This document shows positions 1 through 8,932 of a DNA stretch of 59,255 nt, in pieces. Numbering within the stretch: the first letter of the stretch is position 1; every line of letters begins with the position of its first letter. Both the position numbers and the translations under genes were made by a program. The notes under the pieces were generated by a model. The model made no database searches and was not told the DNA's origin. It saw nothing but the letters and a program-made list of their open reading frames with translations. Source of the stretch: Bacteroides sp. (GTDB lineage Bacteria > Bacteroidota > Bacteroidia > Bacteroidales > GCA-2748055); contig DSEO01000261.1 of the NCBI GenBank assembly GCA_011056635.1, forward strand, positions 1 to 59,255, written 5' to 3'.

Positions 1-2
1 CG

Positions 3-1892
3 GGGAAAGTACTTCAATGGGCTGTCCTGCATAAAGGGCAGCAGATCATTGTCCCTTCCCCTGCCTCCATGCAGATTCAGACAGATACGGGATCGGATAA
101 AATTGAAGTGCTGGGAGAAAATGTGCGGGTCTCCTCCTCCAATACAGAAGAGATCGACACAGAGATCCTCCCGGTCAATTACATAAAAAGGGTGGTCCCC
201 GACCGGTATAACCAGCTGACCATACACTGCAGAGGGAATTACGGGATCATCTTCAGGGCCTATCATGATGCCGTGGCTTACCGGTTCTTCCTGGAAAGAA
301 AGGGAGAGGTGGTGATCCTGAATGAAACGGCCAATTTTAATTTTCCGGAAGACCATATGGCTTTTATCCCCTACATGTGGGATTACAGGGATGGCCGCAT
401 ATTCAACTGTTCATTCGAGTCCCTGTATGACGAGCACCGTATCTCGCAATTTAAGCAGGACTCCCTGGCTTTCCTGCCGCTGCTGGTGGACCCGGGCAAC
501 GGAAAGAAAGTGGTGATCCTGGAAGCGGACCTGGAGGATTATCCCGGGATGTTCCTGGACCTGAATCATACAGGGAAAGGGTTCCGTGGAGTATTTGCCC
601 CCTATCCGCTGGAAGCAGAACGTGTAGGAAGAAATTACATTCCCACGCAAAGGGCCGGTTATATTGCACGGACGCAGGGGACGCGCCTCTTTCCCTGGCG
701 GGTCATTGTGATCAGTGAACAGGACAGGGAATTGCTGGACAAGGACATTGTGCAGCAACTGGCATCGCCTTCCCGGATTGAAGATCCTTCCTGGATAGAG
801 CCGGGTCAGGCGGCCTGGGAATGGTGGAATGACTGGAATATTTCCCGTGTGGATTTCAGGGCCGGACAGAATACTGACACCTATAAATATTATATTGATT
901 TTGCCGCAGACAATGGGCTGCGCTACATGATCATTGACGAGGGATGGTCTGTCAGGGGTGACCTGACGGGCACCGTATCCCACGTAGATCTTCCCGCAAT
1001 CATTGAATATGCCACTCTCCGGGGGGTCGGGATTATTCTCTGGGCTACCTGGCTGGATATCCTGCAGCAGATGGATGTGGTTTTTCCCCTGTACGCGGCC
1101 ATGGGCGTGAAGGGTTTTAAAATAGATTTTATTGACCGTGATGACCAGATAGCGGTGGCCTCCACCTATGAAATTGCTGAAAAAGCGGCTGAACACCACC
1201 TGCTTGTGGACTTTCACGGGGTGTTCAAGCCAACCGGACTGCAGCGCACCTATCCCAACGTGGTGGGATATGAAGGGGTGAAAGGGCTTGAAAATGTGAA
1301 ATGGGCCCACGAAGACGTGCCCCGGTATGACGTGACCATCCCCTTCATCCGCATGATGGCCGGTCCCATGGACTATACCCCGGGTGCCATGCGAAATGCC
1401 AGCAGGCATAACTTCCGGGCCATCCATTCAACTCCCATGAGCCAGGGCACCCGTTGCCATCAGATGGCCATGTACGTGATCTATGAGGTTCCCTTTCAGA
1501 TTCTTGCGGACAATCCGACCAACTACATGAAGGAACAGGAATGTACCGGATTTATTGCAAATATCCCCACAACGTACGATGAAACCCGGGCACTGGACGG
1601 AAAAGTGGGAGAATATGCGGTCACTGCCCGAAGAAAGGGTACCGACTGGTATGTGGGAGCCATGACCAACTGGGAGGCAAGGGAACTGATCCTGGATTTT
1701 TCATTCCTGGGGGAAGGTACCTATGAAGCTGTTGTTTTTGCGGATGGGATCAATGCGGACCGGGAGGCAACCGATTACAGAAAGGAGGTGATCCGTCTCT
1801 CAGCGGGAGACCGGCTGAAGATTCAGCTTTCCTCAGGCGGAGGCTGGGCAGCCAGGATCTATCCTGTTGATCAGACCTCCGCCGCAAAATGA
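3..1892 (+). CDS. Glycoside hydrolase family 97 (5'-truncated by window edge)
   Basis: Frame is open from nt 3 through the ATG at 69. GH97 motifs: WEWWN, IIDEGW, GFKIDF, DFHG, RTYPN..EGVKGLE, RMMAGPMDYTPG, and C-terminal GGGWAARI. Confidence 0.92.
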   Translation, partial: GKVLQWAVLHKGQQIIVPSPASMQIQTDTGSDKIEVLGENVRVSSSNTEEIDTEILPVNYIKRVVPDRYNQLTIHCRGNYGIIFRAYHDAVAYRFFLERKGEVVILNETANFNFPEDHMAFIPYMWDYRDGRIFNCSFESLYDEHRISQFKQDSLAFLPLLVDPGNGKKVVILEADLEDYPGMFLDLNHTGKGFRGVFAPYPLEAERVGRNYIPTQRAGYIARTQGTRLFPWRVIVISEQDRELLDKDIVQQLASPSRIEDPSWIEPGQAAWEWWNDWNISRVDFRAGQNTDTYKYYIDFAADNGLRYMIIDEGWSVRGDLTGTVSHVDLPAIIEYATLRGVGIILWATWLDILQQMDVVFPLYAAMGVKGFKIDFIDRDDQIAVASTYEIAEKAAEHHLLVDFHGVFKPTGLQRTYPNVVGYEGVKGLENVKWAHEDVPRYDVTIPFIRMMAGPMDYTPGAMRNASRHNFRAIHSTPMSQGTRCHQMAMYVIYEVPFQILADNPTNYMKEQECTGFIANIPTTYDETRALDGKVGEYAVTARRKGTDWYVGAMTNWEARELILDFSFLGEGTYEAVVFADGINADREATDYRKEVIRLSAGDRLKIQLSSGGGWAARIYPVDQTSAAK

Positions 1893-1934
1893 CGTGGTCA
1901 GTTGCAGTGCACATGAATTTTGACGATTCTTGCA

Positions 1935-1942
1935 TATCTTTG
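1935..1942 (+). promoter_or_regulatory. Bacteroidota sigma-A -7 element (TATCTTTG) for nhaA-phr
   Basis: Exact TAnnTTTG about 35 nt before the ATG at 1977. Confidence 0.6.
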
Positions 1943-1976
1943 CAGCAGAAATACCCCTGCAATCCAAGAAAGACAA

Positions 1977-3305
1977 ATGGTTAAAAGACTCCTGATCACA
2001 CCATTTCAGAAATTCGTCCGCATTGAGAGTTTCAGCGGTATACTTTTGTTTGGTGTAACAATCCTGGCCCTCATATGGGCGAACAGTTCGTTCAGAGATA
2101 CATATCATGCCATCTGGCAGTTTAAACTGGGGATCAGTGCGGAGCATTTCGAATTCTCCAAACCACTGATCCTGTGGATAAACGATGGTCTGATGGCCAT
2201 TTTCTTTTTCCTGATCGGACTTGAGATCAAGCGCGAATTGCTCATCGGGGAACTGAACAGCCTGAAGAAGGCCGCTTTCCCCTTGTTTGCAGCCGTGGGC
2301 GGCATGCTGGTGCCCATTGCATTCTTCTTCCTGCTGAACCGGGATCCCGGGACAAGAAATGCCTGGGGGATCAGCATGGCCACGGATATTGCATTTTCAC
2401 TGGCCATTATCACACTGCTGGGAAAAAGGGTACCCCTGAGCCTGAAAATTTTCCTGACAGCATTCGCCATCGTGGATGACCTGGGAGCCGTGATGGTGAT
2501 CGCCATATTTTACAGTTCGAGCATCAAATGGATGCTGCTGATATATGCTGTGATCCTCCTGATCATATTGTATATTCTGGCTTACCGGGCAATCCATGCC
2601 AAATACCTCATCCTGGCATTCGGGATCGTAATCTGGTTTCTTTTTTTGAAGGCCGGCATCCATCCCACCATTGCGGGGGTACTCCTTGCTTTTGCCGTAC
2701 CCATCAGGCAGAAGATCGATATCAAGACATATTCGGACAGGCTCTGTCAGCTCAGCGACAAGATCAAGGCTGCCGCTGACAATGACAAACCCATACTGAC
2801 CAATGAGCAGATTGAAGAACTGGACAACCTGGAAGACTGGACAAGCCTGGTGCAATCTCCGCTGCAGCAACTGGAACACAAACTCCATAACTGGGTCGCT
2901 TTCCTGATCATGCCGCTGTTTGCCCTCTCCAATTCAGGTGTGGCATTCAGCGGTGAGTTAGGTCTGGATACCCGGCTGAGCAGCACCATTGCCATCAGCC
3001 TCGTGGCCGGAAAGTTTTTCGGTATTTTCCTGATGTCCTGGCTCGGAGTGAAGCTCAGACTGGCAGAACTCCCAGCGGGAGTGAATTACTGGCAGGTCGT
3101 GGGCATAGCCCTGCTGGCAGGGGTGGGATTTACCATGTCCATATTTATTGCCAACCTTGCCTTTCCCGACAATGTAGCCCTCCTGGATTCGGCCAAGGTG
3201 GGTATACTGATCGGGTCTTTTGTTGCCGGTGTGGCCGGCTATTTCGTGTTGAGACTCTCCTGTACAAAGCAGGTGGAAGATGAAGGAATACCAGTCCCCC
3301 GATGA
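1977..3305 (+). CDS. nhaA: Na+/H+ antiporter NhaA
   Basis: Motifs WINDGLMAIFF, GLEIKRE, ATDIAF, AIVDD, GVGFTMSIFIA. Start moved to ATG 1977, downstream of the -7 element. Confidence 0.95.
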   Translation: MVKRLLITPFQKFVRIESFSGILLFGVTILALIWANSSFRDTYHAIWQFKLGISAEHFEFSKPLILWINDGLMAIFFFLIGLEIKRELLIGELNSLKKAAFPLFAAVGGMLVPIAFFFLLNRDPGTRNAWGISMATDIAFSLAIITLLGKRVPLSLKIFLTAFAIVDDLGAVMVIAIFYSSSIKWMLLIYAVILLIILYILAYRAIHAKYLILAFGIVIWFLFLKAGIHPTIAGVLLAFAVPIRQKIDIKTYSDRLCQLSDKIKAAADNDKPILTNEQIEELDNLEDWTSLVQSPLQQLEHKLHNWVAFLIMPLFALSNSGVAFSGELGLDTRLSSTIAISLVAGKFFGIFLMSWLGVKLRLAELPAGVNYWQVVGIALLAGVGFTMSIFIANLAFPDNVALLDSAKVGILIGSFVAGVAGYFVLRLSCTKQVEDEGIPVPR

Positions 3306-4588
3306 AAATATCCATATGCTGGTTCAGGCGTGACCTGAGGCTTGATGACAATACGGCATTGCATCATGCCCTGGAGTCGGATTTGCCTGTGATGGCCCTG
3401 TTCATTTTTGACCGGAACATCCTGCATGAACTCGATGCTGACGATCCCAGGGTAACCTTCATACACCAGAACCTCCGGTCCATCCACGAGCGGCTTAAAA
3501 AATACGGAAGTTCCCTGCTGGTCCTGCATGGGGATCCCGTGAAGATCTGGAAGGAACTGACCGTCAGATATGAGATTGGAAAAGTATTCGTGAACCGGGA
3601 TTATGAGCCCTATGCCCTGGAAAGAGATCTCAAAGTTGAATTGCTTGTCAGCAAAAAGAACATTCAGTGGCACTCCTGCAAGGATCAGGTCATTTTTGAG
3701 AAAAACGAAATATTAAAAAAAGACGGTTCACCCTATACGGTCTTTACGCCATATAAAAACAGGTGGTTGCAGCAGTTTAAAACGAATGCATCTATGACTC
3801 CGGGAAATTCCCGCTCCGGCGCTTTTCTGAAATTCGATCATGCTTTCCCGGAACTCGGTGCAATTGGATTTCAGGAGTCCGCCATCAAAGTCAGGGAATA
3901 CGATCTTTCCGGTTTGGACGACTATGCGGATACAAGGGATTACCCGGCGGCAGACACCACGACCTACCTGGGTCCCCATCTCAGATTCGGCACGGTCAGT
4001 ATCCGGCAGGTGATCTCACACCTGGGCGACGCACACGGGGTGTTCCTCGGTGAACTGATCTGGAGGGAGTTTTTCATGCAGGTCCTCTTTCATTACCCGG
4101 ATGTGGTCAGCCAGAATTTCCGTCCAAAGTACAACGGTATCACGTGGAGGAACCATGAAGCGGAATTTGAGAAATGGTGCGGTGGAAATACGGGTTACCC
4201 GATGGTTGATGCCGGTATGCGGCAACTGAACCACACCGGTTTCATGCATAACAGGGTCCGGATGGTGGCAGCCAGCTTCCTTTGCAAACACCTGCTGATC
4301 GACTGGAGGTGGGGAGAATCCTATTTTGCCGAAAAACTCCTGGATTATGAACTTTCATCGAATAATGGCAACTGGCAATGGGCTGCTGGTACCGGATGCG
4401 ATGCGGCTCCTTATTTCAGGGTGTTCAATCCTTCGGAGCAGATGAAAAAATTTGACCCGGATCAGGCCTACGTAAAAAAATGGGTCCCTGAATTTGGCAC
4501 TTCCGGCTACGGTGCTCCCATGGTGAACCATCCATTCGCCAGGTCCAGGGCGCTGGAAACCTATAAAAAGGGGATCATGATATTTTAG
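3302..4588 (+). CDS. phrB: Deoxyribodipyrimidine photolyase (cryptochrome/photolyase family)
   Basis: WFRRDLRLDDN, WREFF, TGYPMVDAGMRQL, MHNRVRM, NGNWQWAAG. Trp triad positions are present. Confidence 0.93.
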   Translation: MKISICWFRRDLRLDDNTALHHALESDLPVMALFIFDRNILHELDADDPRVTFIHQNLRSIHERLKKYGSSLLVLHGDPVKIWKELTVRYEIGKVFVNRDYEPYALERDLKVELLVSKKNIQWHSCKDQVIFEKNEILKKDGSPYTVFTPYKNRWLQQFKTNASMTPGNSRSGAFLKFDHAFPELGAIGFQESAIKVREYDLSGLDDYADTRDYPAADTTTYLGPHLRFGTVSIRQVISHLGDAHGVFLGELIWREFFMQVLFHYPDVVSQNFRPKYNGITWRNHEAEFEKWCGGNTGYPMVDAGMRQLNHTGFMHNRVRMVAASFLCKHLLIDWRWGESYFAEKLLDYELSSNNGNWQWAAGTGCDAAPYFRVFNPSEQMKKFDPDQAYVKKWVPEFGTSGYGAPMVNHPFARSRALETYKKGIMIF

Positions 4589-4600
4589 TTTTATATATTT

Positions 4601-4631
4601 TTTGCACTCCGCTTATAAAAATATATATTTA
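4601..4631 (+). promoter_or_regulatory. Putative sigma-A promoter (TTTG-N19-TATATTTA)
   Basis: -33/-7 spacing of 19 nt in an AT-rich intergenic region. The last base of the -7 element is A rather than G. Confidence 0.45.
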
Positions 4632-4774
4632 CAATATTAAAAAATAAATAATTCCCGCTTTCTTTTATAAACCGCACAATATCTTCAATTTACATCATAT
4701 TCGATTCTTTACTGCAGGCGATCTCGAATTATCTTTCGGATTGCGTCTTTATTTATTAAACTTAAAAATGATAC

Positions 4775-5377
4775 ATGGAAACACTCAGACTTCCGGACTC
4801 GGAGCTTTCCGAGATGAAACAGTTTTACCTTGAGGAGTATGAAAGAACGGAAAAAAAACTGCAGCACATTAAAAATGTTCTGACCAGGCTCGGGGTAACC
4901 GAACAGGACCTGTTTACCGGGATTCCTCAGATGCAAGCGGATTTAGCGGGAAAAACCAGAACCGGTCAGGGTCAGCCGGCCGCCAGGAAATCACCCGGGA
5001 CATCCACCGTCAGAAAATCAAAGAAAACAGGCAGAAAATCAAAATGGGAGTTGCTGATCATGAAACGGATGCGGCAGATTGACAGGCCCGTGACCTATGA
5101 TGAGCTGACCGATGAGATCATGACATTTTCCAAGTTGCCGGAGAGTAAAAGAAAAAGCACGAAACAGGCGGTTGTCAATGTCATATTCCGGCTCAGGAAC
5201 CGGGATCAGAAACTGGACACTTTCTCCATCGGTACCCGGGAAAAGTATATTGCACTGAAAAGCTGGTTCGAAAAACCCGGCGAAATTAAAAAAGAGTACG
5301 CTGCAAAAATTGAAAGACCGGAACCTGCAAAAAAAAGAAGGACCGCTAAGTCCGGCCCCCGTAAAAAGAAAGCGTAA
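4775..5377 (+). CDS. Hypothetical basic protein, putative DNA-binding (coiled coil, K/R-rich linker, winged-helix-like domain)
   Basis: 200-aa ORF with an A-rich initiation region. Very K/R-rich, no signal peptide. Confidence 0.75.
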   Translation: METLRLPDSELSEMKQFYLEEYERTEKKLQHIKNVLTRLGVTEQDLFTGIPQMQADLAGKTRTGQGQPAARKSPGTSTVRKSKKTGRKSKWELLIMKRMRQIDRPVTYDELTDEIMTFSKLPESKRKSTKQAVVNVIFRLRNRDQKLDTFSIGTREKYIALKSWFEKPGEIKKEYAAKIERPEPAKKRRTAKSGPRKKKA

Positions 5378-5378
5378 A

Positions 5379-6740
5379 ATGCGCTGGTTTCCGATCCCGG
5401 GATTGATATTGCTGATCGGTATCCCGTTTTCCTTTCTTTCTTTTGAGGAACCGACATCCCATGCAAACAGGTGGTTCAAACACCATACCGTTTCCCTTGA
5501 TCTCCCGGCAGGGGCTCATGTCAGGTACGGCACTCCTGCGGTGGCTGATTTCGATCGTGACGGAGACCTGGATTTTGCAGTCTCCGTGGCAGGGGGTCCG
5601 CTCTACTGGTTCGAATTAAAAGAATCCTTCATCTGGCAACAGCACGAGATCGGATCCGTTCCCACCGTGCAACTGGGCGGAGGAGCCTTCGACGTGGACC
5701 GGGATGGCTGGACGGACATTGTGACGGGAGGACACTGGTTCAGGAACTCCATAAAACAAGCAGAGGAAGCGTTTACGCGATACCGTTACGATCCCGCCAT
5801 TGACCGTGAGATACATGATCTTGTTTTTGCAGATATGAACGGGGATGGCAGCAAGGACCTGGTGGTGCTGGGTGATCTGGAAGGTTGTTTCTGGTACGAT
5901 ATACCCTTTGATCCTGTTACAGATACCGTATGGGAAAAGCACCTGATCACCATGGACGTGGTGAACCACCGGGCAGATATCCACGGAGGTTTTTTTCCCG
6001 GAGGGATCGGGGATCTGGATATGGATGGCGATGCGGATGTAGTGTTGCCGGGGAGGTGGTACCGAAACGAAGCCCGGGGCAAGACCTGGACCAGTCATCT
6101 TCTGCCCTTCGGCAGCGTGGGTTACTGGGGACTTTCGGCCAGAAGCTGGATCGTTGACATGGACGGTGACGGCGATCCGGATATTGTTATGACGGACTGC
6201 GACCAGGTGGGTTCACGGGGAGCCTGGCTGGAAAATGACGGGCGGTCCGATCCTGCTTTCACAGTCCACGTACTGCCCGTGAAAGCCCCGGGCATAAGGG
6301 GTTCATTCCACTCTCTCTGGGTGGATGATTTCGATCGTGACGGCGACCTGGACATTTTTACCATGGAACAGGAGGATGCATCTATCCTGCCCCGGGGAAC
6401 AACAATGAGGGCATTCATTTGGGAGAACATGGACGGCAAAGGAGTCGAATTTGCCGAGCGGATTGTGCTGGACATGAATATCGGGGGACATGATGTGATT
6501 TTCGGCGATGCGGACGGGGACGGAGATATGGACGCTTATGTAAAGGTCTGGAGCGCGTACCGGCAAAACTCCTGTGGGGGAAAGCCACATGTGGATTTCC
6601 TGGAAAACCTTGCCATTGACTGCATGAAATGTGATCAGTCAGGTTCCGTAATGCCCCTGAAGCTGTCGGTACGGAACGGAGAAGCCGGAAGGTCTGCCGA
6701 ATTGACCAGGTTGCATTCCGGGTTGGATGACCATCCGTAA
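5379..6740 (+). CDS. Exported FG-GAP/VCBS repeat beta-propeller protein
   Basis: Hydrophobic N-terminus MRWFPIPGLILLIGIPF and seven Dx[DN]xDGxxD repeats. ATG lies 1 nt after the upstream stop. Confidence 0.85.
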   Translation: MRWFPIPGLILLIGIPFSFLSFEEPTSHANRWFKHHTVSLDLPAGAHVRYGTPAVADFDRDGDLDFAVSVAGGPLYWFELKESFIWQQHEIGSVPTVQLGGGAFDVDRDGWTDIVTGGHWFRNSIKQAEEAFTRYRYDPAIDREIHDLVFADMNGDGSKDLVVLGDLEGCFWYDIPFDPVTDTVWEKHLITMDVVNHRADIHGGFFPGGIGDLDMDGDADVVLPGRWYRNEARGKTWTSHLLPFGSVGYWGLSARSWIVDMDGDGDPDIVMTDCDQVGSRGAWLENDGRSDPAFTVHVLPVKAPGIRGSFHSLWVDDFDRDGDLDIFTMEQEDASILPRGTTMRAFIWENMDGKGVEFAERIVLDMNIGGHDVIFGDADGDGDMDAYVKVWSAYRQNSCGGKPHVDFLENLAIDCMKCDQSGSVMPLKLSVRNGEAGRSAELTRLHSGLDDHP

Positions 6741-8623
6741 CGGACCGCTACCGGTTCACCGATCCCCGGGGCCCAAACCTGCACCTTGTTACCCCTGATT
6801 TCAGCCTCCGCCCAAACGAACTCCCTGTCCTTCCCGCAAATGGAGAATCCCTTCAGTTCCCCGCCATCAGCTGTTTTCAGCCCGTCATACACATAATCAA
6901 ATGACACCTCGATCAAATTTCCCTGGATCTCCATGCCTGCATACAGGGGTCCGCTGTACGGGATATCCTGGCCGTAAGCAATAGCCAGAGCATGAAGCGC
7001 CAACCGTTTACCTACGTCCTGTTTATTCCCGGGGTGGATGTCCAGCGCATCTCCGATGTCAATGGTTACCGCCATCCCCGTGTTGGGTAAAGCAAGGGCC
7101 ATGGCCTGTGCCTCCCTGAGCTCTGCCCATGTATCTTCCACGGGGGTTTCATTACGCCTCAGGTAATTGGCCAGCTGTACAAAGAAGAACGGGAAGTCGC
7201 CCTGTCCCCATAACTGTCTCCAGTCCGTGATCAATGCCCGGAAAAGGCGGCGATACTGGAAAGCCCTTCCCGCATTGCTTTCTCCCTGGTACCAGATGCT
7301 CCCCCTGATGGTAAAAGGCACAAGGGGATGTATCATCCCATTGAACAAAACCGTGGGCTGGTTGGGATCGAACGGTGATACGGGAATGGTCTTCACATCC
7401 TCAAAATCGAATCCTTTCTTTGCTTTCCAGCTTGTTGCGATGGGAATGGATTGACCCAGGGAGGATCTGATGGCAAATTGTGTCGCTTCTCCCATGAAAC
7501 CACCCCCACCGCCGGTATCCATGATCCTGATCACGATGGTGTTGGTTCCCGCAACAGCCACTCCTTCAGGTATTTCGTATTCCCGGGGGACATCCCATGC
7601 CCTGCTCTCCCCTACTTTTACCCCGTTCACCCAGGCCTGGTCCCAATCATCGGGTGCGCTGTAACAGAGTGTCAGGTCACTGCTGGCCATGAACGGGGAA
7701 AGCTCCACTGCTTTGACGAACCATACGGATCCGTCAAATACGCCCAGGCCGGTTTCTTCCCACATCCTGGGAAGATCCAGGGTGAGCCAGTCCGAGGTGT
7801 CCGCTTTCCCGTTGGCAAAAACCGTATCCCCGTCTGTGATCCCGGCATCCAGTTCCCTGATCTCCTGTTCCATCTTACGCGTATCCCGAATGTATTCCGC
7901 CAGGAGACTGTCTCTTGCGGCTGCTTTTTTGGCAATGAGCTCCACCTTTTCTGAAAAGTCCTCCAGATCTTTGAGCGAACCTGCGCTCATCCATGCTTCG
8001 GCCACCGTTCCGCCCCAGGATGTATTGATCAGTCCCACGGGAACTCCCAGCTCCCGGTGGACCATTCTTCCGAAAAAATAGGCGGTGGCCGAAAAGTCAC
8101 GGACGGATTGCGGATTGCACTCCTTCCAACCTTCCGTTACCAGTGTATCCACCGGCTGGAAGGCAATATGATGCCCTACAGTGAAAAGACGCATCTCCGG
8201 GTATACAGCATTGCGAACTTCCTCCCCTGCATGATCCAAATGGGCCCAGCCGCTGATCATGGGCATTTCCATGTTGGATTGGCCTGAACAGACCCAGACT
8301 TCCCCCACCAGGACATTGTGGAAAGCCGTCCTCCGGGCTCCGGAAGTGATGACCAGGCTGTCAGGTCCCCCGTAAATTAACGGGTCAAGTACCGTTTTCC
8401 AGGTGCTGTCCCGTTCGACCCGAACCGTTTTTTCCTGGTTGCGGAACTGCACAATGACCCTGCTTCCGGGATCACCTGTCCCCCAGATGTTCACGGGAGT
8501 CTCGGCCTGCAGGACCATGTTGTCACCGAAGATATCGGCTACCTTTACCTGTCCGGGCTCACTGCAGGCGGCTAGCAGTGACAGGATGGCGAGTCCTGTA
8601 ACGCGTACGCTGTGTTTTTTCAT
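6635..8623 (-). CDS. Sialate O-acetylesterase family (SASA/SGNH) lipoprotein
   Basis: Lipobox LLAAC. Motifs GEVWVCSGQSNM, WYQGESN, DIHP, with an inserted beta-sandwich module. Confidence 0.9.
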   Translation of the reverse strand: MKKHSVRVTGLAILSLLAACSEPGQVKVADIFGDNMVLQAETPVNIWGTGDPGSRVIVQFRNQEKTVRVERDSTWKTVLDPLIYGGPDSLVITSGARRTAFHNVLVGEVWVCSGQSNMEMPMISGWAHLDHAGEEVRNAVYPEMRLFTVGHHIAFQPVDTLVTEGWKECNPQSVRDFSATAYFFGRMVHRELGVPVGLINTSWGGTVAEAWMSAGSLKDLEDFSEKVELIAKKAAARDSLLAEYIRDTRKMEQEIRELDAGITDGDTVFANGKADTSDWLTLDLPRMWEETGLGVFDGSVWFVKAVELSPFMASSDLTLCYSAPDDWDQAWVNGVKVGESRAWDVPREYEIPEGVAVAGTNTIVIRIMDTGGGGGFMGEATQFAIRSSLGQSIPIATSWKAKKGFDFEDVKTIPVSPFDPNQPTVLFNGMIHPLVPFTIRGSIWYQGESNAGRAFQYRRLFRALITDWRQLWGQGDFPFFFVQLANYLRRNETPVEDTWAELREAQAMALALPNTGMAVTIDIGDALDIHPGNKQDVGKRLALHALAIAYGQDIPYSGPLYAGMEIQGNLIEVSFDYVYDGLKTADGGELKGFSICGKDREFVWAEAEIRGNKVQVWAPGIGEPVAVRYGWSSNPECNLVNSADLPASPFRTDSFRGITEPD

Positions 8624-8724
8624 GATGCTGATCAGTGTAGATTCTGGGTGTATGATTACTACCTAAAGGTAAAAATTATGTGTCAGAATTCAGCCAATGT
8701 CCGAAATTTCCGGGAGACTGGAAC

Positions 8725-8759
8725 AAAAAGGCCCACTTCAGACAATGCGAAAGTGGGCC
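8725..8759 (-). terminator. Intrinsic terminator
   Basis: 9-bp stem GGCCCACTT/AAGTGGGCC (8730-8738/8751-8759) followed by T5 on the minus strand. Confidence 0.7.
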
Positions 8760-8838
8760 GGGAGGAAAACCTAATCCGGATTGCCGGATCAGCCTTTTAC
8801 AAATGGGTCATCCCTGTTTGGTTGAACCATCTTCAGAC
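8725..8838 (-). ncRNA. Candidate small RNA 1
   Basis: Promoter-like GCAAC-N17-CATCT (8868-8842), internal hairpin 8774-8789, terminator 8725-8759, and no credible ORF. Confidence 0.4.
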
Positions 8839-8899
8839 GGAAGATGATCCTGATAGTGCAAAGGTTGCGCTCCCACTTTTTCGTCTGGCCGATTTTAGC

Positions 8900-8907
8900 T
8901 AATTTTG
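8900..8907 (+). promoter_or_regulatory. -7 element (TAATTTTG) for ffh
   Basis: Exact TAnnTTTG 25 nt upstream of the ATG. Confidence 0.6.
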
Positions 8908-8932
8908 CAGCTTTCAATTGAACCGGTAAGTG

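Noticed and set aside
411-1427. 338-aa minus-strand ORF and the many other nested ORFs in the track
   Set aside because: They lie inside well-supported genes and lack recognisable motifs or initiation context.
8700-8900. SRP RNA (ffs) next to ffh
   Set aside because: The conserved helix-8 motif (CAGG..GRAA..AGCA) is not visible on either strand. The region is kept only as a candidate sRNA.
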